NCBI GenBank assembly: GCA_964652765.1
Contig: CAZZBA010000005.1
Span: 1 to 37,997, forward strand
Direction of reading: 5' to 3'
Source: an uncultured Victivallales bacterium
GTDB lineage: Bacteria > Verrucomicrobiota > Kiritimatiellia > UBA8416
Length of the DNA: 37,997 nucleotides
The first letter of the stretch is position 1. Each line of letters opens with the position of its first letter. The translations under genes and the position numbers were made by a program. Positions 9,101 to 15,900 of this stretch are shown here, one piece after another. Below the pieces are notes generated by a model. It was not told the DNA's origin. It saw only the letters and a list, made by a program, of their open reading frames with translations, and made no database searches.

Positions 9101-11840
9101 GTTTGCCGATGGAACCAGCCTGGGCGTGCTGGTCGCCCCGCTCGAGCGCATGGGCTTCGAGGTGGACTACTACACCAACAACTACGCGACGGTGCACGAG
9201 ATTGATCCGGCCACCGCCATCGAGGAAATTGTCCAGGATGTGCGCTACACGGATGATGATGCCAGGGTGTTCCCCTATGACATGGTGATTGCCGACCTGA
9301 CCGGGCCACATGGCGGCGGCCGCGTCTTCAGTGAGGCGGAGGCGGATGTCTTCTCGCGCTACCTCGATCTCGGCGGAGCGTTGCTCTTCACCGGCGGCAA
9401 CTCGCTTAATCGCCCGGATAATGCCGGGATCGCATCACTGTGTGGCGTGGATCTCGGCTATGTCTCCACCAGTCGTGTGAGCGAGGCGCAGGCGGTAACC
9501 AACTGGAATGGGGTCTTTGTGACTCTTGACGCTGGCGATCGCCTGTCGGTCAGCAATTTCGTCCACGACCTCGCGGCCCCGACCAACGCGGCCACGGAGG
9601 TGCTCTTCACTGCCGGGGCGGCCTCGAAGCTCACGCGTCTGGCGGGGGTGGGAGCCAAGGGTCAGGGGCTGGTCATGCTCTGGGGCGGGAATCCGGGGGC
9701 ATGCGACTGGAGTAGCGAAGGCGCGTGGCTGGATGTGTTGCGCGATATCCTGCACCAGCGGTTCATGCAGCCGATGGCCACCCAGACGAGCGTTCCCTGG
9801 CTGACGGCTACGCCGGTGACCAACAGCGTTGCTGCCGGCACGGTTAGTCTTTCCGTGACGCTATCTTCCGGTTACCTGGCGGCGGACACCTACCGGGCCG
9901 TGATCCTGCTGCGCGGGCTGGACCGCGACGAGGAGGTCCTGGCGATCCCGGTTTCACTGACGATCTCGCCCTACAATCTGCGGGCCTATACCAGCACGGG
10001 TGTGATGGACACCCAGGGTCTTCCGCTTTCCGGCGACGGTAGCAACGATTCCCCGCTCTACCAGGTGATCTACGCCGGGACCAACGGTGTGGCCGATGCG
10101 CCGGATACCGCTACCGGCTCGCCGGGTGGCGATGACCAGTTGCTGGCGGCGATCCCCTCCGGTCAGGCGTTCGGACGCTTCGGGGATGGCGAGGGTGTCG
10201 TTCCCGATACCGGCATTTTCGACCGGCACTTCATCAATACGATCCCGTCCGATGCGGTCAATCCGCGGGTGTACGTGCGTGCCTGGGACGGGGCGTCCTT
10301 CGCCTCCTCGCTGACCTATGGCGATTCCGGCCTCAGCAATCTGGTTTTCAGCACTGCGGCGGCGGTCGATTTCGGCACCTGGACGTTGAACGAGTCGATC
10401 AGTCTGGCGTTGGATTCCAACGGTGATTCGCTACCGGATGCCTGGCTGTTGCAATACCGTCCGGATATAGATCCGCTGGCGGCGAACGGTCCGCTCGAGA
10501 CGGATTATGATGCCACGGTCATCGCGACGATCAATGCAGCGGGTGGAGCCACACCGCAACCCTATCGCGTGCGGTTCTCAATGCCGGGTGCGGCGTTCAT
10601 GTTCGTACTCGACAAGGCCAACAACCGCCTGATCTCGATCCCGACGAACTCGCCGGCGACACAGATTCGGTACGGCAGCGCGGGTACGGCCACCAACCAG
10701 TTCGCCCAGCCCGAAGGGTTGGCGGTCGATCCGCGGGCCGGGCATTACCGACTTGCCGTGGCGGACACGGCCAATAACCGTATCCAGTTGTTCACGTACA
10801 ACCCGACCAATGGCGTTATCAGCTTTGAGCGGTCGGTCGGATCCCTCGGTAGCGGAGTTGGACAGTTCAAGAGTCCCGGTGGCGTGGCGTTCGACAACAC
10901 CGGGCGTGTCTTCGTGGCTGATACGGGTAACAACCGGGTCGCGATTTTCCGGGTCTCCGACGCGGTCTGGTACGGGTCCTTCACCGGTACGGGTGCCTAC
11001 GTCCTAAACGCACCGCGCGGGATCGCCTTTGACACGCACTTCAGTGATGGCGGCGTCTGGGTCTGCGATACGGGCAACGATCGCATGTCGCTGTATTTCG
11101 ACAACGGCACCTTCCGTCGCAGCTTCGGCATGGCTGGGACGGTAGACGGCCGGTTCAACGATCCGGTGGATGTCGCCATCTGGCAGGTGGGTACGCATCG
11201 CCGCCTCGTGGTGGCTGACAAGGTCAACAACCGGATGCAGGTCTTCAACGCCGATGGGTCGCATCTGGCCTCCGTCGGGACCGGTGGCGGACTGCTCGGC
11301 CAGTTGTTGCTGCCGCATGGCGTGGCACCGCAGAACAACAGTGCCAACCTTTTCATCGCCGACACCGGCAATGCGCGGATCCAGCGCTTCGCGCTGACCT
11401 TGGATGCCGATGGCGATGGCATGGACGATTTCTGGGAGGATCTGAATGGTCTGGATTCAACCATTGATGATGCCTACGGGGATTTGGATAGCGATGGGCT
11501 TTCCAACCTGGCCGAATACCTGATCGGCACCGAACCGGACAATGCGGATACCAATGGCGATGGCATAACGGACGGCGACGCTGTGAACGGTATGTTGAAT
11601 CCGTTGTCCTTTGCACCATTCCAGATTGAATCGCTGGCTCCGGCCCCGCTCGGTGGTGGGGTGGTCATCGAATGGCAATCCGTGGCTGGCGAGGTTTACC
11701 TGATTGAGACAAATGGTTCGCTGATGACGGGTGTCTGGGGGGTCTACACCAATGTCGTCGGAACCGGGGGTACCAGTTCGGTGGAAATGCCGCTGCCTGG
11801 GAGTTCGTTCCTGTATTTCCGGATGCAGAGGATACCGTAG
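126..11840 (+). CDS. Giant (~3,900 aa) secreted multidomain protease: signal peptide, C25 propeptide, gingipain-like peptidase C25, FN3-like and jelly-roll domains, 4x (GDxDG..E(A/P)GET beta-sandwich + carboxypeptidase-regulatory-like) modules, BACON-like domains, subtilisin S8, GATase-like fold, NHL repeats, DxDxDG repeats, C-terminal beta domain
   Basis: Uninterrupted ORF 108..11840. GGAGG at 114-118 lies 7 nt before ATG 126 (ATGs at 108, 120 and 123 are alternatives). Basic then hydrophobic N-terminus. C25 motifs: YVVLVGD, SDLYF, AIGRVA, NHLGHS, QGC, LHGDP. S8 motifs: VAVCDTG, HGTHVAGTIG, AAGN, GTSMAAPHVAG. NHL motifs: F..P.G.AVD/VADT.NNR repeated. Confidence 0.93.
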   Translation: MAAFNGVFRKGNGRWFSRLILAGAALLVTGGIGLAAPVPGGSGWRTASGAMVSDAGDGAVMVQALAAPANTQRLVFRFPAVALKRGPDGLLDISLPSAGQWRQPGEPVLPMLSTRVALPQGHALVSFNVVPSDPQELVLDGPVRHAQRPYPLSRPQDRVETPASAAIYGADSPYPAVLHTDGSVQTKRGVGFVDLALFPVSYRPASGRLTAYGTLTLEVVTRPVKDPGISLNAADDGWRARLRSADDLAVLESLIENPQTLAEYQPEVASDDVGTISLAGAEDPGQPPLPCRLGSVFKHLIITTRNIRDGIVDAGTAIAQIFSEHAYLFIYPDPQTDWEIDMQAVADAGGYPVDIGDELEQEFVDKSLDALGVASNDWYYAFEFNDPALDGDASGTPDWMELLVGTQTNGVPFRFTYVAFTNRPLDGIVALRQAQGLSSTVISIESILETYQSLGMEEEQALRTFIRDAYDKWITEYVVLVGDGTVMPMRTLRAEASPYIDDLPSDLYFQCLDGSFDSDGNGIYGEPTDGADRLDGRPGEDIDLYAELAIGRVAISDANAMSNWVAKVVRYETDRLAGTAPYLRGALLLGEYLGFGGISEYASPMMEEIRLGSSEHGYRTEGFAALDIHTNIVTLYDDEQPWTKYTAAAYINSNQFSLLNHLGHSDYNYNMKFYTEDVQFLLRNERPAFLYTQGCWPGAFDRDCIAGEFLGGSSTNALFGGVFNSRYGWGDYDTTDGPSQRYNRWFWHGFFGELIPETGVLNQMAHERNASRIGEEYMRWCYYESNLHGDPAQWLYGIEPSVTLDREAYRSDADAVVEVVLPLAGPTMQEVVVTVTTYTAFIDPILTTNVTCYRVGPTDRTARFASLAFSLADLGAVNGGTVRAEATLSLDGIPQLCDDRADIKDDPPRIMGHTLMADETYIDFSFTTDNPVTSEARIGDSIPLTADWQTVSDTRATFHSIRFEGLEPFTQYFIGVRIEDAAGNVVSIPTNLFSEIEAEYFTVATIGRETTLRTDWEHSADGWTVTNINGGVCWEYGQPLTYGPQDDARCWGTILNGRYPDGANALLTSPPFGVRERPMLVFRHWLDVQYSMDMQGVSPSPPPFGDYGKVEVLSNGVWHDVTRYIEGRDAASYVRVVNTDNTNTVITGQSDGWQDVRVNLPASFANQPLSVRFVFVSDQQSFGAGNPAGWYIDEVTVQDVPGNGLGISQVDVSDVNGFNGLTLVGDADDHAEAGETVAIRPYLFNYGTTTFGNLSGTLTVQIGGYPVTNALLLDGAPAAVSYTGPIAPADLVPANEWIRLRLSPGLAPGTVVTLLQSVTNAAGLRLDSRYDLVINTVVPISGLVIDATTSNAIAAATVTAVRESWQQGKVTGADGRFVFNGLTAGDAYTLTAGKPGMYASQTQSVTAPASNVLFVLGMPIASYAPTSLAFTVVAGGSVGDSVVFSNAVGATAPLDVALEEIDYHPAASGWLVVTPQSAQLAPGAASTFSVTVDASSLRAGTYLAELVFSTDDPMLAMVRVPVEVTVWREPILAFGGLLFEDDYAGDGDGQLEAGETARIWVYLNNSSGLSDVVDVTGTLSTTNTHVTINPPPTLHWQYIAPYSSRLSTNGVEVVLDLATPAGEVIDFNIELVYFDGLVWQTNQAPFSYTYLPYHSVSGIVEGVVWNEKNKAPDGTVPVAGARVTVEDIHGNLFSSMPTDTNGVYVLPPLPHGDLWFKVYEPDGSPYVPPAGTNILVNADTTQDFLLNNYGTNGPILRFEEVRVYDYGGDFDGAFEPGETLYIYASIYNEGRKNATNVTDLIELADMGAYGPFMQVTQASTFTTNTIYMVPEWARRYGYEYLYSVDLYYFEATVNADAVEGGKQRFWLTTTDGGRVWPFDFSITVSSSYSIGGRVTYEFGASAPDITVRAELPDGTVMTDITDWSGYYDFEGLAPGTTGIVVRAIPPGDYAVEPLSYELGPLTNDVTGVDFVLKASQLFLSPSPLTATVNEGERTNAWLTIRNASTNATVVDLSVVYTRGDDDLLPPPEHDPLSLILTPTTSWNELDADDYVPGELEVRFADGTGWIEREAILKRHGLRATLHLKLVPACLAVPVDTTALGDAKPLALAPLAQALQAEPGVLYVQPAARMAQQALPNDPLFDKLYGLHNTRQTGGTLGADINVTNLWDRTTGSRDIIVAVCDTGFDKTHPDLLPNLWSNPGELAGDSNFDGYPGVRGVDDDGDATNQLYHYDEVSGTTVGPELVHPLFDSEMWKDNRTRTVVPGVPGTNRWVNGANSIPDYFEMYLNGELSFTDLVASRPAYFGDSNGNGIPNVFEDIQGPRPGTPPDGIPDIFADEDGDGIINETGIDFRDEDVMLGDYNNNGQPLIKQVTAILPWINSTSYRVVLEQWNGLGLAADDDDENGYADDLNGWNFYHGDGDVTDGDVLSAHGTHVAGTIGAVGSNGVGVAGVNWNVSIMPLALVYRAEDPYTESPFTSSARIAQAIEYAITHGARVSNHSWGGAAASGVLYEIMKLAERDYNHLFVIAAGNSANDVDNRKFYPAYFSTVLNNVITVAAADDHDQLAEFSNYGLNSVQLAAPGVDIYSTWSSRSVQILLMYPETEAYVDEMLASGELILQDGAYYRRMSGTSMAAPHVAGAAALLWSLSPDANYSVIKRALLDGVRLESNLDGWVKTDGLLDLGRAAQIMGTDWLRFSTNQIPVGAGASVQVEVLFNPDLDTRPGFFEAEIVGDSDVGRDRIPVTLTVLSGGSLEVDGVRITADTDNDGFAEPGETVSFVIDIYNPGNTTFINLAGTLAAVTPGAGVTTTTAGWDYLYGGQSGESLTAFTVTIPASAPAETLFELTLTADDVAAQILGVSLATQTRYAIAGRVVTTGGSGIQGAMVEYRGASGGYVLSGTNGVFILSGLVAGDYLLRAIPTGYARSADLPVTLATNDLTGIKLEVGAPVIGLSATNIQAVLVNEMDWIASVALSNTAADAFGYALDVMPRRRIGLFADGTSLGVLVAPLERMGFEVDYYTNNYATVHEIDPATAIEEIVQDVRYTDDDARVFPYDMVIADLTGPHGGGRVFSEAEADVFSRYLDLGGALLFTGGNSLNRPDNAGIASLCGVDLGYVSTSRVSEAQAVTNWNGVFVTLDAGDRLSVSNFVHDLAAPTNAATEVLFTAGAASKLTRLAGVGAKGQGLVMLWGGNPGACDWSSEGAWLDVLRDILHQRFMQPMATQTSVPWLTATPVTNSVAAGTVSLSVTLSSGYLAADTYRAVILLRGLDRDEEVLAIPVSLTISPYNLRAYTSTGVMDTQGLPLSGDGSNDSPLYQVIYAGTNGVADAPDTATGSPGGDDQLLAAIPSGQAFGRFGDGEGVVPDTGIFDRHFINTIPSDAVNPRVYVRAWDGASFASSLTYGDSGLSNLVFSTAAAVDFGTWTLNESISLALDSNGDSLPDAWLLQYRPDIDPLAANGPLETDYDATVIATINAAGGATPQPYRVRFSMPGAAFMFVLDKANNRLISIPTNSPATQIRYGSAGTATNQFAQPEGLAVDPRAGHYRLAVADTANNRIQLFTYNPTNGVISFERSVGSLGSGVGQFKSPGGVAFDNTGRVFVADTGNNRVAIFRVSDAVWYGSFTGTGAYVLNAPRGIAFDTHFSDGGVWVCDTGNDRMSLYFDNGTFRRSFGMAGTVDGRFNDPVDVAIWQVGTHRRLVVADKVNNRMQVFNADGSHLASVGTGGGLLGQLLLPHGVAPQNNSANLFIADTGNARIQRFALTLDADGDGMDDFWEDLNGLDSTIDDAYGDLDSDGLSNLAEYLIGTEPDNADTNGDGITDGDAVNGMLNPLSFAPFQIESLAPAPLGGGVVIEWQSVAGEVYLIETNGSLMTGVWGVYTNVVGTGGTSSVEMPLPGSSFLYFRMQRIP
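1020..2505 (+). other. Peptidase C25 (gingipain-like, clan CD) catalytic domain within the first giant CDS
   Basis: Putative catalytic His (codon 2115, NHLGHS) and Cys (codon 2208, YTQGCWPG) are 31 aa apart, close to the His-Cys spacing of RgpB. The domain ends in the conserved L.GDP. Boundaries are approximate. Confidence 0.85.
6270..8170 (+). other. Subtilisin-like S8 domain with I9-like propeptide within the first giant CDS
   Basis: Triad: Asp codon 6666, His 7410, Ser 8010. Oxyanion Asn in AAGN. Propeptide YVPGELEVRF...YVQP precedes PNDP. Confidence 0.92.
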
Positions 11841-11852
11841 GGGAAATGTGAC

Positions 11853-12689
11853 ATGAAACAAGGCACTAAGATATTTACAGGGGCGGTGGCTGTTGGCGTC
11901 GCCGCATCCTGCGTCTGGCATCTGGCTGCCCTGAAGACGAAAACGGAGCAGGAACCTGTCGAGGTGCCCGCCGAGGCACCGAAGGCACCCCTGCCCGAGG
12001 ATATCGTTGGCGAGCGCATGGCCGACACGAACTATGTGGCGGCACTCAAGGTGCTGATTGATGGGCGTGGCGAGGTGATTGCCGAGTCCCAGGCGGTGCG
12101 TGCACAGATGGCGGACCTGCTGACGGCGGCGGCAGAAAAACTGGCCGGAGCTTCCAGCTCCGAGGCAGATGAGAAGGTGGCGGGAGCTTCCAGCTCCCCC
12201 GCGGAGCAGCAGGATCCGGAGCGGGATGTTTCTGGCACGACCGAACGGGAGCTAGAAACTCCCGCCACTATGGCTGCGACTAATGCCCCATTGGTTTCCA
12301 CGAATACCGCCCTTAAGGCCGGTACGCAACTGTCCGCGCCGGATGTACCCCCCGCCGCCCGATTTGACGGGATCGATCCCGCTCTCCTGGCGCAAGTGCG
12401 CCAGCAGCCGGAATGGGCGGTGCTTGAAACACGCCTGGACGCCTTGGCGGCAAAGCAGCAGGACATCCAGCTTCGCACCCGGGCCCTGATCCGTGAACGG
12501 ATGGAGGTGCAATACGCTGCAAGGGCCGCCGAGAACCCCGGACCGGTCACCCGTTCCCCGGCTGGTATCATCAAGCCGATGACCAACGCACCCGATTTTG
12601 ACGCGGTGAAACCGACCATCATCACCAATGTGCCGTCCGGTGGCGTGAAGCTGCCGCCCCGGCCGGACCGGAAGCCGATCACGCCATGA
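11853..12689 (+). CDS. Hypothetical 278-aa protein with N-terminal membrane anchor/signal, predicted helical segments and Pro-rich tail
   Basis: Starts 12 nt after the upstream stop, with a GGGGA SD-like sequence. Hydrophobic segment IFTGAVAVGVAASCVWHLAAL. Normal GC-rich codon pattern. No family recognised. Confidence 0.8.
   Translation: MKQGTKIFTGAVAVGVAASCVWHLAALKTKTEQEPVEVPAEAPKAPLPEDIVGERMADTNYVAALKVLIDGRGEVIAESQAVRAQMADLLTAAAEKLAGASSSEADEKVAGASSSPAEQQDPERDVSGTTERELETPATMAATNAPLVSTNTALKAGTQLSAPDVPPAARFDGIDPALLAQVRQQPEWAVLETRLDALAAKQQDIQLRTRALIRERMEVQYAARAAENPGPVTRSPAGIIKPMTNAPDFDAVKPTIITNVPSGGVKLPPRPDRKPITP
12141..12268. repeat. REP-like palindromes (GTGG-type inverted doublet plus a third copy) inside the 278-aa CDS
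   Basis: GTGGCGGGAGCTTCCAGCTCCC (12177-12198) matches the reverse complement of 12247-12268 at 20/22. The left arm holds the hairpin GGGAGCT-TCC-AGCTCCC. A related copy lies at 12141-12162. Confidence 0.8.
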
Positions 12690-12758
12690 AACCGAAATTA
12701 AAGCACTCGCGAATAGGCCAATATAGGGATTTATATGAGGAAGCTGTTGAAAAACGCG

Positions 12759-12786
12759 CGGCTCACCGAGGACGGTTCGCCCTGCC
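12759..12786 (-). repeat. REP-like element (GGCAGGGCGAACCGTCCTCGGTGAGCCG on the minus strand)
   Basis: Same CGGCTC..GAGGACG..TCGCCCT pattern as the elements at 37135-37187 and 37220-37243; related to 35707-35730. Confidence 0.6.
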
Positions 12787-12863
12787 TGGCTGGAACAGAT
12801 AGGGAGCCGCATGCGGTTGATTAGCCAAAAAGATTAAGAAAATGGACAAGCTTCTAAAGAAGA

Positions 12864-12893
12864 TTGCAAAAGACAACGGACATAAGGTAACTT
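12864..12893 (+). promoter_or_regulatory. Possible sigma70-type promoter for the second giant gene
   Basis: TTGCAA (12864-12869), 18 nt, TAACTT (12888-12893), in an AT-rich intergenic region. Confidence 0.3.
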
Positions 12894-12935
12894 TCGAAGT
12901 TCAGGGATATGGGCCCGATACGGGGAGAGAATAAT

Positions 12936-15900
12936 ATGAATACCATGAAACAAACCGGTGTGATCAATAAGATGGTTGGCTCGGCCTGGCTGCTGGCGGC
13001 CATGCTCGGCCTGGCCGTGCAGGTGCAGGCGGCGGACCCGATACCGCAGAGCATAACCGTCACGTCGACGCCCGCCAATGGCACGCATTATGCCTATGGA
13101 GAATCCATGCTCGTCAGGGTCCGGTTCGACCGTGCCATAGCCGTTGCCAATGGGGTTGTCGGCACCAGTCCCTATGTCAGCCTGACTATTTCCCCGACGG
13201 ATGCGACCAGCAACCGAGCCACATATCTCTTTGAAGCGGGCACCGATCTATTCCTCGAATATGTCGTTCAGGCTGGCGATTTCGCTTCCCCGCTGGCCAC
13301 GTCCGGTACGCTGCCGTTACGCGTTACGGGTACCACGGCGATCCAGGATGCGGCTTTTCCAGCGGATACCTGGAATACCAGTGATAACGTGCCGACCGCC
13401 GGGACCAATGCCCTGTCGGCAGCGGGGGCGGTGATCCGTACGGTCAGCATCACACCGGCAACGGCCGTCCTCCTGGAAGGGCAGACGCAGCTTTACACGA
13501 TCAACCGCGGCGGGCCGCGAGCCATTGCGCTGAACGTGAGCCTGACGTCCAGCCTGCCGAGTGTGGGCGCGGTTCCGGCCACGGTGACCATTCCCGCAGC
13601 TGGCGACCAGATCCAGTTCTCGGTGACGGCACTCTCGGTCGGTGTATCGACGATCACGGCCGACGCCTACCCGCTGCTCGGGGCGGCGGCGAATGAAACC
13701 AGCACGCTGACCGTGAATGCCGGTCCGGCGCCAACATTCACGATCCTGCCGCCCGTCACGCTTTATGAGGGCGTTAACTTTGACCCGACCACCTATCCGT
13801 ATCAAGGCAGCGGCACCATCCGGCTTTCGCGGGCGCCGATCGCACCGATCACGGTGACCCTGACCAGTTCAAACCCGGCGCGGCTGGGTTTCCTTGGCAA
13901 TGTCAATACCGTTACGTTCCTGGCTGGCCAGACCGAAAAGACGTTCCAGCTGGAAGGGTTGGGCGGAAATGCGGCAGTGCAGATCACGGGTACGGCCACC
14001 GCCCCGTATGTCTCCGATGGCGTGGCCGCCTCGGTCTCGATACTCAACGTGCCGCCTGTGATCAACAGCCCGGCCGATCCCTGGACGATTGCCAATAACT
14101 CCGAGGGTCGCACGGTGACATTTTCCTGGAGCGGCTCGGATGTCGCGGCCGATATTCCAAATCTGCAGGCCTATTACGATTTCGGTGACGGTAGCAATAC
14201 CGGCTGGCTTAACGGTGACGCCGGCACGACGACGCATGTCTACAACCTCGCGGGGACGTTCGGGGTGACAATCCGTTACCGCGACCAGGATGGCGGAGAG
14301 GTGACGCGCACGTCGGTGATTACGATTGATCCCGCTACCGAGATCCTCTTGACTGAGGTTGTCCGTGGCGACCCCGCAGATCCTCAGATACCACCCGGAT
14401 ATAAGGGTCTGCCCGGCCTGGGTCAGGGCGGGATTAACGATACGCTGGTCGAGACGCTGAAAGTGGCCGTGCCGGGTCCGCAAACCAACGTATTCACCAT
14501 CAAGTACAGCCCCACGCAGCCTTCCGTCGTGTTGGTTGCCAGTCCCTTTACCTCTGATATCGTGACGGCTGGCGCCACCAATATATACGACAGCTTCTTC
14601 CACGTCTGGATTGGTGAAGGATTCGTCTCGCCGGGTGCCATTGTGCCGATCGCCAATCCCACTGCGCGACTTGAGCTCAATGGCCAGGACCGCGATATCC
14701 AGGGCGTTTTCTCACGTGAATTCGCCCCGCGCGACAACTATGGCGATATCGATAACGATGCCTTGCCCGACCAGTGGGAGGAACTCTGGTGGCCGGAGCA
14801 ATTGATGTTCGAAACGCCCAACCGCGCGGCTAATGATGACGCCGACTTCCTGCCGCGCGGGGCCAATGCCAACATGGCCTATCCGGCGGGCGGTGGCAAC
14901 TATACACCCGATGGTGCGGGATTCGGCAATGTTTACGAAGTCCGCGGTCTTGATATTGACTTGAATGCCGCCAATTCGGATACCAATCCGGCTGGCGTCA
15001 TCCTGGACGAACCTCAGTATACGAACGATACGCGCGAGTTCTTCGGCACCGACCCGACGGTGGATGATACCGATGGCGACGGCTTCTCCGACGGCTGGGA
15101 ATACTATTTCTGGGTGAATGCCGAGTTCCGCGGTATTACCGGTGTCAGCTACAACCCTGGATCGCCAATGCAGGACGGTACCATTATTCCCTCCACCTTC
15201 ATCGAGGCGGCGTTTCATCCGCTGGTGGCGGGCAGTCAAGGCGCGGATCCCGATGGTGATGGGCTTTCCAATATCGAGGAATACGCGCTCGGCACCGACC
15301 CGATCAACTGGGACAGCGATGGCGATACCATGGCCGATGGCTGGGAAGTTTTCCGCAATCTCAATCCGCATGGCGATGATGCGGGTGGCAATCCCGATGG
15401 CGACTATATGGCGGCACTGGGGTATGATGCGAGTGTGCCGCGTCCGGCAGGCCCCCTGCTGTTCAGTGTGCATTACTATGTTTACGACCTGCTTCAGTAC
15501 GACCCCCGCACGGGCTGGTCAGGAACCTACACGCTACGTTCCCGTGCCGGTGCTGCCTTGGCTCCTGACACGACCGCGATGCTGAATATCGATGAATATG
15601 CCTTGATGCAGTTCTGGATCAACGAAAATGTGGTGGGTGCTGTCACCCCGGGAATGTGGGGCCGTTATTCCACTAATCCTCAGAGCAACGATACCGATGG
15701 TGACGGGGCGACTGACGGCTGGGAACTGTATGTCCATTTTGATCCGTCGCTTAACCAGGCTGGTCTCTTATGGGATGTCGACATGGATGGGTCCTTCCTG
15801 CAGAACGAATTCGCCGGTGTGGAGAGTTCTCCGAATTCAGGGGCGAGTCTGACGATCGGCTCGCAAACCACCGCGGGCACCTCAACCAACGCCACCGGCG

